Positions 48,521 through 63,400 of a stretch of 64,000 bases of DNA are shown in pieces. How positions within the stretch are numbered: the first letter of the stretch is position 1; each line of letters begins with the position of its first letter. The notes under the pieces are model-generated. The model was not told the origin of the DNA and searched no databases. It saw only the letters and a program-made list of their open reading frames with translations. The stretch comes from Heterodontus francisci (Eukaryota), in NCBI RefSeq assembly GCF_036365525.1, contig NC_090378.1, forward strand, positions 124,481,593-124,545,592. The letters are read 5' to 3'. The translations under genes were made by a program, and so were the position numbers.

Positions 48521-49394
48521 GGTTTTCCCTTCCTTGTGCTGTGCTAGATATTATTTGCTCTTTGACAGGATGTAGAATAGATTTGTTAAAATGTTACCTT
48601 GATTTCACTAAGTAGTGAGAATCGATGCAAGGTTAAGGGGTATAAAAGTACTACTCACTTTCGGTGAGGTGATGACAACACATTAAGGTCACTAAAGACT
48701 GTTGTAATTCTGTGTAAATAGCTGGATAAGCCACTTTATCAACACTGATGCAGTCTCTCGTCAGATATCTACGCTGTTGAGTGGCGACCAGAATTGCACA
48801 CAATATTCTAAGTGTGGCCTAACTAAGGTTCTGTGCAGCTGCAGCATGATTTGCCAATTTTTATACTCTATGCCCCGACCGATGAAGGCAAGGATGCCGT
48901 ATGCCTTCTTGACTACCTTATCCACCTACGTTGCCACTTTCAGTGACCTGTGGACCTGTACGCCCAGATCTCTCTGCCTGTCAATACTCCTCAGGGTTCT
49001 GCCATTTACTGTATACCTCCCACCTGCATTAGACCTGTCTTGTGGGTCCTTTGCCTGTTCTAGTGCTCCTACACAGTGCTACCCCAGTGGATACAGCATG
49101 GCTGGTGGAAGGTTACTGACTTTCACTGGGGGAGACTGCAGATAGCCTTGCAGGAAGTACTCAAGCTGCTCTAGGCCGAGGAGGCCTGGCTTCAGACTGC
49201 AGCACCTCAGCATGGGTGGCAGTATTTAGCTGGCTGACTAACAGGCAACAGCAGGGGTACTGGAGAGTGACAGTGGTGGGAATATAAACACTTTCATCCT
49301 GAGAGAGGACAGCAGGTTTGTGCTCCACGGAGCCACTGTCACTGCCCCGGGTGACACCTCCACAATCCTAGTAATCTGCTGGAGCACAGAGTTA

Positions 49395-52300
49395 CAGAAA
49401 TCATATAATTTACAGCACAGAAGGAGGCCATTCAGCCCATTGTGTCCACACTATCCGACAAAGAGCCATCCAGCCTAATCCCACTTTCCAGCTCTTGGTC
49501 CATAGTCTTTATCACTTCAAGTCCATATCCAAGAACTTTTTAAATGTTACGAGGGTTTCTGCCTCTACCATCCTTTCAGGCAGTGAGTTCCAGATCCCCA
49601 CCACCCTCTGGGTTAAAATGTCCCCCTGAATCCCCTCTAAACCTCCTACACCTTACCCTAAATCTATGCCTCTGGTTATGGACCCTTCAGCCAAGGGGAA
49701 TAGATCCTTCCTATCCACTCTGTCGAGACCCCTCATAATTTTATAAACTTCACTTAGGTCTCTCCTCAGCCCTCTCTGTTCCAAAGAAAACAACCCCAGC
49801 CGATCATATCTTTCCTCATAACTAAAATTCTCCGGTCCCAGCAACATCCTTGTAAATCTCCTTTGTATCCTCTCCAGTGCAATCCCATCTTTCCTGCGGT
49901 GTGCGGTGACCAGAACTGCACACAGTACTCCAGCTGTGGACTAACTAGTGTTTTATACAGTTCCAGTATAACCTCCCAGTTCTTATATTTCATGACTCAG
50001 TTAATGAAGACACGTATCCCATGTGCCTTCTTGACAACCATATCTACCTGTCCAGCCACTTTCAGGGATCTGTGAACGTGCACTCCAAGGTCCCTCTGTT
50101 CCTGTACATTTCTCAGTATCCTACAATTTATTGTGTATTCCTTTGCCTTGTCAGCCTTCCCCAAATGCATTACCTCACACTTCTCCGGATTGAACTCCAT
50201 TTGCCACTGCTCTGTCCACCTGACTAGTCCATTGATATTTTCCTGCAGTCTACAGCTTTCTTATTTATTAACAACCACACAGACAATGTTTGTATCATCT
50301 GCAAATTTCTTATTTATACCCACTACATTGAAGTAAAGGCCTGCTCAGGTCGGGGAAAAAGAACCCAACCCAAACCAGACCGAACCACAGTGGACCCGAG
50401 CCCGACCTGGCCCGAGTCCCTCCGATTTTGCCCCAAGCCCGACCCGACCCGAGTCCGACTCGACCATCCCTTTCCTTACCTTCCGACTCGGAACGTCCAG
50501 GAAGCTGCAGCATGTGTGTGATGGCATCATGGAGACGTCACTCACTAACTGCACACACTCAGTTTCGCTGCTTGACGTCCCGCACTCCCAGCTCAGGTAA
50601 GTTTTATTTAATTTTAATACTGACCAGAAGAGCAATAACTGTCTGTGTCCGGCCTGACCCGGATCTGGACCCGAACCCGGCCCGACCTGAGCCCGAAAGC
50701 CGGACCTGGAAGAGGGGCCCAACCCGACCTGAACCCAACACATGTCGTCGGGTCCCATCGGTTCCCGGTCGGGTCACAGGCCTTTACATTGAAGTCCAAA
50801 TCATTGATATATCCTGCAAAAAGCAAGGGACCTGGTACTGAACCCTGCAGAACCCATTTGGAAACAGTCTTCCAGTCACAAAAACACCCATCGACCATTA
50901 TCCTTTGTTTCCTGCCTCTGAGCCAATTTTGAATCCATCTTGTCACTTTGCCTGGTCCCGTGGGCTTTTACTTTCATGACCAGTCTGTCATCTGGGACTT
51001 TATCATAAACCTAGGTATAATCCATATAGACTACATCAAATGCACTACCCTCATCGACCCTCCTTGTTTCCTCTTCAAAAAATTCAATCACGTTAGTCAG
51101 ACACAACCTTCCCTCAACAAATCCATGCTGACTGTCTGTGACTAATCCATGTCTGTCTAAATGAAGATTTATCCTGTCCCTCAGAGCTTTTTCCAATATT
51201 TTTCCCACCACCGGAGGTAGGCTGTAATTACTCGGTCTATTCCTTTCTCCCGTTTTAAACAATGGGACAATGTGAACTGTCCTCCAGTCCTCTGGCACCA
51301 CACCTGTAGACAGAGAATATTGGAAAATGATGGTCAGAGCCTCTGCTGTTTCTTCTCTTGCTTCATTTAACAGCCTAGGATGCATTTCATCTGGGCTTGG
51401 TGATTTAACCACTTTCAAACATGTTAAATCCCTTAATATCTCATCTCATTATATTAGTTTTATCTAACATTGCACACTCCTCCTCCCTGATTGCAATTTC
51501 TGTATCATCCCTCTCTTCAGTGAAAATAAATGCAAATCCTCCTCCTTCATCCACAGGTTACCCTGGTGGACCCAAATAGGCTCGACTCTTTCTTTCATTA
51601 TAATCCTGCCTTTCTGTATTTATAAAACAATCTTCAGTTTTCTTGATTTTATTTGACTTGCCAATTTTTTTCATGCCCTCTCTTTGCTTTCCTAATCTCC
51701 TTTTTAATTTCACCCCTACACTTTTTATACTCCTCTCGATTTTCTGCCTTGGTATCTGTCATTAATCTTCCTGTTTTACTTTATCCTCTCCTTTCAGCCC
51801 CTTGACATCCACAAGACTCTGGATTTGTTAGTCCCACCCGTTTTCTTTAAGGGAACATACTTGCTCTGAACCCTCACTATCTCTTCCTTGAATGCCTCCC
51901 ACTGATCCAGCACTGATTTACTTTCAAGTAACTGTTTCCAATCCCATTTAGCTAAATCACATTTCAGCTTAGTAAAATTAGCTTTTCCCCAGTTGAGAAC
52001 TTTTATTCCTGGTCTGTCTTTGTCCTTTTCCATAACTATCCTAAATCTAACTGAATTATGATCACTTCCATCAAAGTGCACCCCGTCTGATCCCCCTTCC
52101 ACCTGCCCAGCTTCATTCCCTAAAATTACGTCCAGTCTCACAATCCCTCTTGTTGGACTTGATACATACTGGATAACAATGTTCTCCTCAATGCATTTGA
52201 AGAATTCTGTGACCACTGAGTCTTTCACATAAACTCTACCCCAGTTAATATTGGGGCAGTTGTTTAATTGTTTTTGCAGTTCTGAAATTTCTCTACATAT

Positions 52301-53745
52301 TTGCTCTTCTCTCCCCTTCTAACAGTTTCAGGGTCTATAGCACACTCCCAGTAGTGTGATTGCCCCTGTTTTGTTCTTCAGTTCAACCCATATGGCCTCA
52401 TTTGATTATCCTTCTACCATATCTTCTCTCCTCACAGCTATAATTGTTTCTTTAATCAATATTGCAACTCACCCCCTCCTGAGATATCCCCATCTCTGTC
52501 TTGTCTGAAAACCCTGTAATTAGGAATGTTGAGCTGCCATTCCTGCCCTTCTTTCAGCCATGTCTCAGTAATCGCTATAATATCACACTGCCATGTGTCA
52601 GTCAATCTGTGCTGTCAGCTCATCTGCCTTATTTCCTCAACTTGTATTGAAGTATATATTATTTAGCTCTGTCAAACTCCCTTGTTTATTTTCTAACCTT
52701 CGTTTTCTCTGCCTTCCAAACACGCTGACTAATTTACTGCCTCCCATTTCCAACTTTTCTTCTCTCTCTTCTGAATCTACTCTCAGGTTCCCATCCCTGT
52801 GCTCAGCTAGTTTAAACTCTCCCTAACAGCACGAGTAAAACTCACTGCGAGGATATTGGTCCCGGCCCTGTTGATTTGCAAACAGTCCGTCTTGTCCAGG
52901 TCCCACCTCCTCCAGAAGCAGTCCCAATGCCTCAGGAATCTAAAGCCCTCCCTCCTGCATAATCTCTCCAGCTCTATGTATTCATCAGCTCTGTCTTCCT
53001 ATTTCTGTACTCACTAACACGTGGCACTGGGAGTAATCTGGAGATTAATACTTTTGAGGTTCTGCTTTTCAATCTCCCTCCTAGCTGCCTAAATTCTGCC
53101 TCAGGACCTCATCCCTCCTTCTGCCTCTGTCATTGGTGCCAATATGGACCACGACCTCTGGCTGTTCACTCTCCCCTGTCAGAATGTCCTGCTGACGCTC
53201 AGTGATATCCTTGTCCCTGGCACCAGGGAGGCAACATACCATCATGGAGACACCTCTGTAGTCACAGAAGCACCTGTCTATTCTCCTCACTATCGAAGTC
53301 CCTCCCACTATTGCTCTTCAACTCTTCTTCCTCCCTCCCTGTACAGCTGAGTCACCCATGGTGCTGTGGACGTGGCTCTGCCTGCACACCCCAGTGGAAC
53401 CATCACTCTGACCAGTATTCAGAACTGAATACCAGTTAGAGATTGAGATGCACTCATGGAATCACTGTCCTGCATGCCTGGTCCTCCTTGTTCTTCTGGC
53501 CCTCACCCATTCCCCCTCTGCCAGCACATTTTTAAACTGTAGGGTGACCACCTCCAGAAAGTTCTCAGCCTCGTGGATGCTGCATAGTGACTCCAGTCAG
53601 TGCTCAAACTCCGAAACCCAGAGCTCGAGCTGCTGTAACCGGTGACACTTCCTGTACATGTGGTCATCCAGTTCATGAGAAGTGTCCAGGATTTCCCACA
53701 TGATACAGGATGTGTATTCCACAGGGCTGAGGTTCCCTGCCGTGT
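49395..53745 (-). mobile_element. Near full-length degenerate CR1 LINE (ORF1 with SGNH-esterase-like domain plus ORF2)
   Basis: ORF1 peptide GTSIVR...VCCLPGAR...PEVVVHIGTND (53081-53308). ORF2 peptides YVSSPTRG..LDVIL..SDHNSV, PEDWRTVHIVPLFK, QGSVPGPLLF and LEYCVQFWSP. 3' tail near 49400. Confidence 0.9.
50334..50786. mobile_element. hAT-family MITE (453 bp) nested in CR1
   Basis: Perfect TIR TAAAGGCCTG / CAGGCCTTTA, perfect 8-bp TSD CATTGAAG (50326-50333 / 50787-50794), and many subterminal CCCGA/ACCCG motifs. Confidence 0.93.
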
Positions 53746-54419
53746 TTTACTTTCTAGACTATTATCCAGAAACACTTAGAGCTGATCACCAGGTCTCGCT
53801 GTCTCCCGCTTCATCACTCAGACTGCTCCGTGTTTTGTCAAAGATCAGAATAGAATCTCTTCAGTCATTGCACTGAATTCTCTCAATCCCCAATTCTCCG
53901 AGTTAGGTATCTGTTGAAGCAGTACTCCATCAAGCTGCACTTGGTGCTGGGCTGCTGGGTGAGCCTGCAAGCCCCTTTGAGCACTGGCATCCACAGCCAT
54001 GATGGCAGCAGTCAGAGCCTGTGTGGCAGCAAGCTCAGATTACAATACCACAGTCTGAGCTTCTACTGCAGCACTCAGATATTGGGGTGGCCTCTACTTG
54101 TACTGCAATTCACTCATCCATGTCTCTGATACTCTGGAAATGTTAATCTGCTCACTTGTGTTTATATTAATCAAATCATCAGAGGAATTTGTAACAGCAA
54201 TATAATCATGGAGCTTCAGAGGGCAATATAACCATTGTAACAGGATGATTTGAAGGGATAGAGAGGAATAAAGAGCCTTTGCTGGCTCCATGTGGTTATT
54301 CTGATATCACTTTTATGTATCTTTGATGTGCTCTGATTCAGTGGCAGTATGAATGGAATGTCGATGTAGATAAAGTAGAATGAGGATAAGACTTGTGAGT
54401 GAAACACTGCATGTTGTAT

Positions 54420-57400
54420 TCATACTGGATTGTGAAGTGTGATGTTCCTGAGTACACAGACTGGATTGTGAAGTGTGATGTTCCTGAGTACACAGACTGG
54501 ATTGTGAAGTGTGATGTACCTGAGTACACAGACTGGATTGTGAAGTGTGATGTTCCTGAGTACACAGATTGGATTGTGAAGTGTGATGTACCTGAGTACA
54601 CAGACTGGATTGTGAAGTGTGATGTACCTGAGTGCACAAACTGGACTGTGAAGTGTGATGTACCTGAGTACACAAACTGGACTGTGAAGTGTGATGTACC
54701 TGAGTACACAGACTGGATTGTGAGGTGTGATGTTCCTGAGAACACAGACTGGATTGTGAAGTGTGATGTACCTGAGTACACAGACTGGATGGTGAAGTGT
54801 GATGTACCTGAGTACACAGACTGGATTGTGAAGTGTGATGTACCTGAGTATACAGACCGGATGGTGAATTGTGATGTTCCTGAGTACACATACTGGATTG
54901 TGAAGTGTGATGTCCCTGAGTATACAGACTGGATTGTGAAGTGTGATGTACCTGAGTACACAAACTGGACTGTGAAGTGTGATGTACCTGAGTACACAAA
55001 CTGAATTGTGAAGTGTGATGTATCTGAGTACACAGACTGGATTGTGAAGTGTGATGTATCTGAGTACACAGACTGGATTGTGAAGTGTGATGTACCTGAG
55101 TACACAGACTGGATTGTGAAGTGTGATGTATCTGAGTACACAGACTGGATTGTGAAGTGTGATGTACCTGAGTACACAGACTGGATTGTGAAGTGTGATG
55201 TACCTGAGTACACAGACTGGACTGTGAAGTGTGATGTACCTGAGTACACAGACTGGATTGTGAAGTGTGATGTATCTGAGTACACAGACTGGATTGTGAA
55301 GTGTGATGTACCTGAGTACACAGACTGGATTGTGAAGTGTGATGTACCTGAGTACACAGACTGGACTGTGAAGTGTGATGTACCTGAGTACACAAACTGG
55401 ACTGTGAAGTGTGATGTACCTGAGTACACAGACTGGATTGTGAAGTGTGATGTCCCTGAGTACACAGACTGGATTGTGAAGTGTGATGTATCTGAGTACA
55501 CAGACTGGATTGTGAAGTGTGATGTACCTGAGTACACAGACTGGATTGTGAAGTGTGATGTATCTGAGTACACAGACTGGATTGTGAAGTGTGATGTACC
55601 TGAGTACACAGACTGGATTGTGAAGTGTGATGTACCTGAGTACACAGACTGGACTGTGAAGTGTGATGTACCTGAGTACACAAACTGGACTGTGAAGTGT
55701 GATGTACCTGAGTACACAAACTGGACTGTGAAGTGTGATGTACCTGAGTACACAGACTGGATTGTGAGGTGTGATGTTCCTGAGAACACAGACTGGATTG
55801 TGAAGTGTGATGTACCTGAGTACACAGACTGGATGGTGAAGTGTGATGTACCTGAGTACACAGACTGGATTGTGAAGTGTGATGTACCTGAGTATACAGA
55901 CCGGATGGTGAATTGTGATGTTCCTGAGTACACATACTGGATTGTGAAGTGTGATGTCCCTGAGTATACAGACTGGATTGTGAAGTGTGATGTACCTGAG
56001 TACACAGACTGGATTGTGAAGTGTGATGTACCTGAGTACACAGACTGGATTGTGAAGTGTGATCTACTTGAGTACACAGACTGGACTGTGAAGTGTGATG
56101 TACCTGAGTACACAGACTGGATTGTGAAGTGTGATCTACTTGAGTACACAGACTGGATTGTGAAGTGTGATGTTCCTGAGTACACCGACTGGATTGTGAA
56201 GTGTGATGTATCTGAGTACACAGACTGGATTGTGAAGTGTGATGTACCTGAGTACACAGACTGGATTGTGAAGTGTTATGTACCTGAGTATGCAGACCGG
56301 ATTGTGAAGTGTGATGTACCTGAGTACACAGACTGGATTGTGAAGTGTGATGTACCTGAGTACACAGACTGGATTGTGAAGTGTGATGTACCTGAGTACA
56401 CAGACTGGATTGTGAAGTGTTATGTACCTGAGTATGCAGACCGGATTGTGAAGTGTGATGTACCTGAGTACACAGACTGGATTGTGAAGTGTTATGTACC
56501 TGAGTATGCAGACCGGATTGTGAAGTGTGATCTACCTGAGTACACAGACTGGATTGTGAAGTGTGATGTACCTGAGTATACAGACAGGATTTTGAAGTGT
56601 GATGTACCTGAGTACACAGACTGGATTGTGAAGTGTGATGTACCTGAGTACACAGACTGGATTGTGAAGTGTGATGTACCTGAGTACACAGACTGGATTG
56701 TGAAGTGTGATGTACCTGAGTATACAGACAGGATTTTGAAGTGTGATGTATCTGAATATACAGACTGGATTGTGAAGTGTGATGTACCTGAGTACACAGA
56801 CTGGATTGTGAAGTGTGATGTACCTGAGTACACAGACTGGAATGTGAAGTGTTATGTACCTGAGTATGCAGACCGGATTGTGAAGTGTGATGTACCTGAG
56901 TACACAGACTGGATTGTGAAGTGTGATGTACCTGAGTATACAGACAGGATTTTGAAGTGTGATGTACCTGAGTACACAGACTGGATTGTGAAGTGTGATG
57001 TACCTGAGTACACAGACTGGATTGTGAAGTGTGATGTACCTGAGTATACAGACAGGATTTTGAAGTGTGATGTATCTGAATATGCAGACTGGATTGTGAA
57101 GTGTGATGTATCTGAGTATACAGACTGGATTGTGAAGTGTGATGTACCAGAGTACAGAGACTGGATTGTGAAGTGTGATGTATCTGAGTACACAGACTGG
57201 ATTGTGAAGTGTGATGTATCTGAGTACACAGACTGGATTGTGAAGTGTGATGTACCTGAGTACACGGACTGGATTGTGAAGTGTGATGTCCCAGAGTACA
57301 CAGACTGGATTGTGAAGTGTGATGTATCTGATTACACGGACTGGATTGTGAAGTGTGATGTCCCTGAGTACACAGACTGGATTGTGAAGTGTGATGTATC

Positions 57401-60400
57401 TGAGTACACAGACTGGATTGTGAAGTGTGATGTATCTGAGTACACAGACTGGATTGTGAAGTGTGATGTACCTGAGTGCACAGACTGGATTGTGAAGTGT
57501 GATGTATCTGAGTACACAGACTGGATTGTGAAGTGTGATGTATCTGAGTACACAGACTGGATTGTGAAGTGTGATGTATCTGAGTACACAGACTGGATTG
57601 TGAAGTGTGATGTATCTGAGTACACAGACTGGATTGTGAAGTGTGATGTATCTGAGTACACAGACTGGATTGTGAAGTGTGATGTATCTGATTACACAGA
57701 CTGGATTGTGAAGTGTGATGTATCTGAGTACACAGACTGGATTGTGAAGTGTGATGTATCTGAGTACACAGACTGGATTGTGAAGTGTGATGTATCTGAG
57801 TACACAGACTGGATTGTGAAGTGTGATGTACCTGAGTACACGGACTGGATTGTGAAGTGTGATGTATCTGATTACACGGACTGGATTGTGAAGTGTGATG
57901 TCCCTGAGTACACAGACTGGATTGTGAAGTGTGATGTATCTGAGTACACAGACTGGATTGTGAAGTGTGATGTATCTGAGTACACAGACTGGATTGTGAA
58001 GTGTGATGTATCTGAGTACACAGACTGGATTGTGAAGTGTGATGTACCTGAGTGCACAGACTGGATTGTGAAGTGTGATGTATCTGAGTACACAGACTGG
58101 ATTGTGAAGTGTGATGTATCTGAGTACACAGACTGGATTGTGAAGTGTGATGTATCTGAGTACACAGACTGGATTGTGAAGTGTGATGTATCTGAGTACA
58201 CAGACTGGATTGTGAAGTGTGATGTATCTGAGTACACAGACTGGATTGTGAAGTGTGATGTATCTGATTACACAGACTGGATTGTGAAGTGTGATGTATC
58301 TGAGTACACAGACTGGATTGTGAAGTGTGATGTATCTGAGTACACAGACTGGATTGTGAAGTGTGATGTATCTGAGTACACAGACTGGATTGTGAAGTGT
58401 GATGTACCTGAGTACACGGACTGGATTGTGAAGTGTGATGTCCCAGAGTACACAGACTGCATTGTGAAGTGTGATGTATCTGAGTACACAGACTGGATTG
58501 TGAAGTGTGATGTATCTGAGTACACAGACTGGATTGTGAAGTGTGATGTCCCAGAGTACACAGACTGGATTGTGAAGTGTGATGTATCTGAGTACACAGA
58601 CTGGATTGTGAAGTGTGATGTCCCAGAGTACACAGACTGCATTGTGAAGTGTGATGTATCTGAGTACACAGACTGGATTGTGAAGTGTGATGTATCTGAG
58701 TACACAGACTGGATTGTGAAGTGTGATGTATCTGAGTACACAGACTGGATTGTGAAGTGTGATGTATCTGATTACACAGACTGGATTGTGAAGTGTGATG
58801 TATCTGAGTACACAGACTGGATTGTGAAGTGTGATGTATCTGAGTACACAGACTGGATTGTGAAGTGTGATGTACCTGAGTACACAGACTGGATTGTGAA
58901 GTGTGATGTATCTGATTACACAGACTGGATTGTGAAGTGTGATGTATCTGAGTACACAGACTGGATTGTGAAGTGTGATGTATCTGAGTACACAGACTGG
59001 ATTGTGAAGTGTGATGTACCTGAGTACATGGACTGGATTGTGAAGTGTGATGTCCCAGAGTACACAGACTGCATTGTGAAGTGTGATGTATCTGAGTACA
59101 CAGACTGGATTGTGAAGTGTGATGTATCTGAGTACACAGACTGGATTGTGAAGTGTGATGTATCTGAGTACACAGACTGGATTGTGAAGAGTGATGTATC
59201 TGAGTACACGGACTGGATTGTGAAGTGTGATGTCCCAGAGTACACAGACTGGATTGTGAAGTGTGATGTACCTGAGTACACAGACTGGATTGTGAAGTGT
59301 GATGTATCTGAGTACACAGACTGGATTGTGAAGTGTGATGTCCCAGAGTACACAGACTGGATTGTGAAGTGTGATGTATCTGAGTACACAGACTGGATTG
59401 TGAAGTGTGATGTCCCAGAGTACACAGACTGCATTGTGAAGTGTGATGTATCTGAGTACACAGACTGGATTGTGAAGTGTGATGTATCTGAGTACACAGA
59501 CTGGATTGTGAAGTGTGATGTATCTGAGTACACAGACTGGATTGTGAAGTGTGATGTATCTGATTACACAGACTGGATTGTGAAGTGTGATGTATCTGAG
59601 TACACAGACTGGATTGTGAAGTGTGATGTATCTGAGTACACAGACAGGATTGTGAAGTGTGATGTACCTGAGTACACAGACTGGATTGTGAAGTGTGATG
59701 TATCTGATTACACAGACTGGATTGTGAAGTGTGATGTATCTGAGTACACAGACTGGATTGTGAAGTGTGATGTACCTGAGTACACGGACTGGATTGTGAA
59801 GTGTGATGTCCCAGAGTACACAGACTGCATTGTGTAGTGTGATGTATCTGAGTACACAGACTGGATTGTGAAGTGTGATGTATCTGAGTACACAGACTGG
59901 ATTGTGAAGTGTGATGTATCTGAGTACACAGACTGGATTGTGAAGAGTGATGTATCTGAGTACACGGACTGGATTGTGAAGTGTGATGTCCCAGAGTACA
60001 CAGACTGGATTGTGAAGTGTGATGTATCTGAGTACACAGACTGGATTGTGAAGTGTGATGTCCCAGAGTACACAGACTGGATTGTGAAGTGTGATGTATC
60101 TGAGTACACAGACTGGATTGTGAAGTGTGATGTACCTGAGTACACAGACTGCATTGTGAAGTGTGATGTATCTGAGTACACAGACTGGATTGTGAAGTGT
60201 GATGTATCTGAGTACACAGACTGGATTGTGAAGTGTGATGTCCCAGAGTACACAGACTGGATTGTGAAGTGTGATGTATCTGAGTACACAGACTGGATTG
60301 TGAAGTGTGATGTACCTGAGTACACAGACTGCATTGTGAAGTGTGATGTATCTGAGTACACAGACTGGATTGTGAAGTGTGATGTATCTGAGTACACAGA

Positions 60401-63400
60401 CTGGATTGTGAAGTGTGATGTCCCAGAGTACACAGACTGGATTGTGAAGTGTGATGTATCTGAGTACACAGACTGGATTGTGAAGTGTGATGTCCCAGAG
60501 TACACAGACTGGATTGCGAAGTGTGATGTATCTGAGTACACAGACTGGATTGTGAAGTGTGATGTCCCAGAGTACACAGACTGCATTGTGAAGTGTGATG
60601 TATCTGAGTACACAGACTGGATTGTGAAGTGTGATGTCCCAGAGTACACAGACTGCATTGTGAAGTGTGATGTATCTGAGTACACAGACTGGATTGTGAA
60701 GTGTGATGTATCTGAGTACACGGACTGGATTGTGAAGTGTGATGTCCCAGAGTACACAGACTGCATTGTGAAGTGTGATGTATCTGAGTACACAGACTGG
60801 ATTGTGAAGTGTGATGTATCTGAGTACACAGACTGGATTGTGAAGTGTGATGTCCCAGAGTACACAGACTGGATTGTGAAGTGTGATGTACCTGAGTACA
60901 CAGACTGGATTGTGAAGTGTGATGTCCCAGAGTACACAGACTGGATTGTGAAGTGTGATGTATCTGAGTACACAGACTGGATTGTGAAGTGTGATGTACC
61001 AGAGTACACAGACTGGATTGTGAAGTTTGATGTATCTGATTACACGGACTGGATTGTGAAGTGTGATGTCCCAGAGTACACAGACTGCATTGTGAAGTGT
61101 GATGTATCTGAGTACACAGACTGGATTGTGAAGTGTGATGTCCCAGAGTACACAGACTGGATTGTGAAGTGTGATGTATCTGAGTACACAGACTGGATTG
61201 TGAAGTGTGATGTACCAGAGTACACAGACTGGATTGTGAAGTGTGATGTATCTGATTACACGGACTGGATTGTGAAGTGTGATGTCCCAGAGTACACAGA
61301 CTGCATTGTGAAGTGTGATGTATCTGAGTACACAGACTGGATTGTGAAGTGTGATGTCCCAGAGTACACAGACTGGATTGTGAAGTGTGATGTATCTGAG
61401 TACACAGACTGGATTGTGAAGTGTGATGTACCTGAGTACACAGACTGGATTGTGAAGTGTGATGTATCTGAGTACACAGACTGGATTGTGAAGTGTGATG
61501 TACCTGAGTACACAGACTGGATTGTGAAGTGTGATGTATCTGAGTACACAGACTGGATTGTGAAGTGTGATGTATCTGAGTACACAGACTGGATTGTGAA
61601 GTGTGATGTACCTGAGTACACAGACTGGATTGTGAAGTGTGATGTACCTGAGTACACAGATTGGATTGTGAAGTGTGATGTATCTGATTACACAGACTGG
61701 ATTGTGAAGTGTGATGTTCCTGAGTACACAGACTGGATTGTGAAGTGTGATGTACCTGAGTACACAGACTGGATTGTGAAGTGTGATGTATCTGAGTACA
61801 CAGACTGGATTGTGAAGTGTGATGTACCTGAGTACACAAACTGGATTGTGAATTGTGATCGACCTGAGTGCACAGACTGGATTGTGAAGTGTGATGTACC
61901 TGAGTGCACAGACCGGGTTGTGAAGTGTGATGTACCTGAGTACACAGACTGGATTGTGAAGTGTGATGTATCTGAGTACACAGACTGGATTGTGAAGTGT
62001 GATGTATCTGAGTATACAAACTGGATTGTGAAGTATGATGTATCTGAGTACACAAACTGGATTGTGAAGTGTGATGTACCTGAGTACACAGACTGGATTG
62101 TGCAGTGTGATGTATCTGAGTACACAGACTACATTGTGAAGTGTGATGTACCAGAGTCCAGAGACTGGATTGTGAAGTGTGATGTATCTGAGTACACAGA
62201 CTGGATTGTGCAGTGTGATGTATCTGAGTACACAGACTGGATTGTGAAGTGTGATGTTCTGAGTACACAGACTGGATTGTGAAGTGTGATGTACCAGAGT
62301 ACTGAGACTGCATTGTGAAATGTGTTGTATTTGAGTACACAGACTGGATTGTGAAGTGTCATGTATCTGAGTACACAGACTGGATTGTGAAGTGTGATGT
62401 TCTGAGTACACAGACTGGATTGTGAAGTGTGATGTATCTGAGTACACAAACTGGATTGTGCAGTGTGATGTATCTGAGTACACAGACTGGATTGTGAAGT
62501 GTGATGTATCTGAGTACACAAACTGGATTGTGCAGTGTGATGTATCTGAGTACACAGACTGGATTGTGAAGTGTGATGTTCTGAGTACACAGACTGGATT
62601 GTGAAGTGTGATTACCAGAGTACTGAGACTGCATTGTGAAATGTGTTGTATTTGAGTACACAGACTGGATTGTGAAGTGTCATGTATCTGAGTTCACAGA
62701 CTGGATTGTGAAGTGTGATGTATTTGAGTACACAGACTGGATTGTGCAGTGTGATGTATCTGAGTACAGAGACTGGATTGTGAAGTGTGATGTACCTGAG
62801 TACACAGACTGGATTGTGAAGTGTGATGTATCTGAGTACACAGACTGGATTGTGAAGTGTGATATACCTGAGTACACAGACTGGATTGTGAAGTGTGATG
62901 TACCAGAGTACAGAGACTGGATTGTGAAGTGTGATGTATCTGAGTACACAGACTGGATTGTGAAGTGTGATGTACCAGAGTACAGAGACTGGATTGTGAA
63001 GTGTGATGTACCAGAGTACAGAGACTGGATTGTGAAGTGTGATGTATCTGAGTACACAGACTGGATTGTGAAGTGTGATGTACCAGAGTACAGAGACTGG
63101 ATTGTGAAGTGTGATGTACCAGAGTACAGAGACTGGATTGTGAAGTGTGATATACCTGAGTACACAGACTGGATTGTTAAGTGTGATGTATCTGAGTACA
63201 CAGACTACATTGTGAAGTGTGATGTACCAGAGAACATGGACGGGATTGTGAAGTGTGATGTATCTGAGTACACAGACTGGATTGTTAAGTGTGATGTATC
63301 TGAGTACACAGACTGGATTGTGAAGTGTGATGTATCTGAGTATACAGACTGGATTGTGAAGTGTGATGTACCAGAGTACAGAGACTGGATTGTGAAGTGT

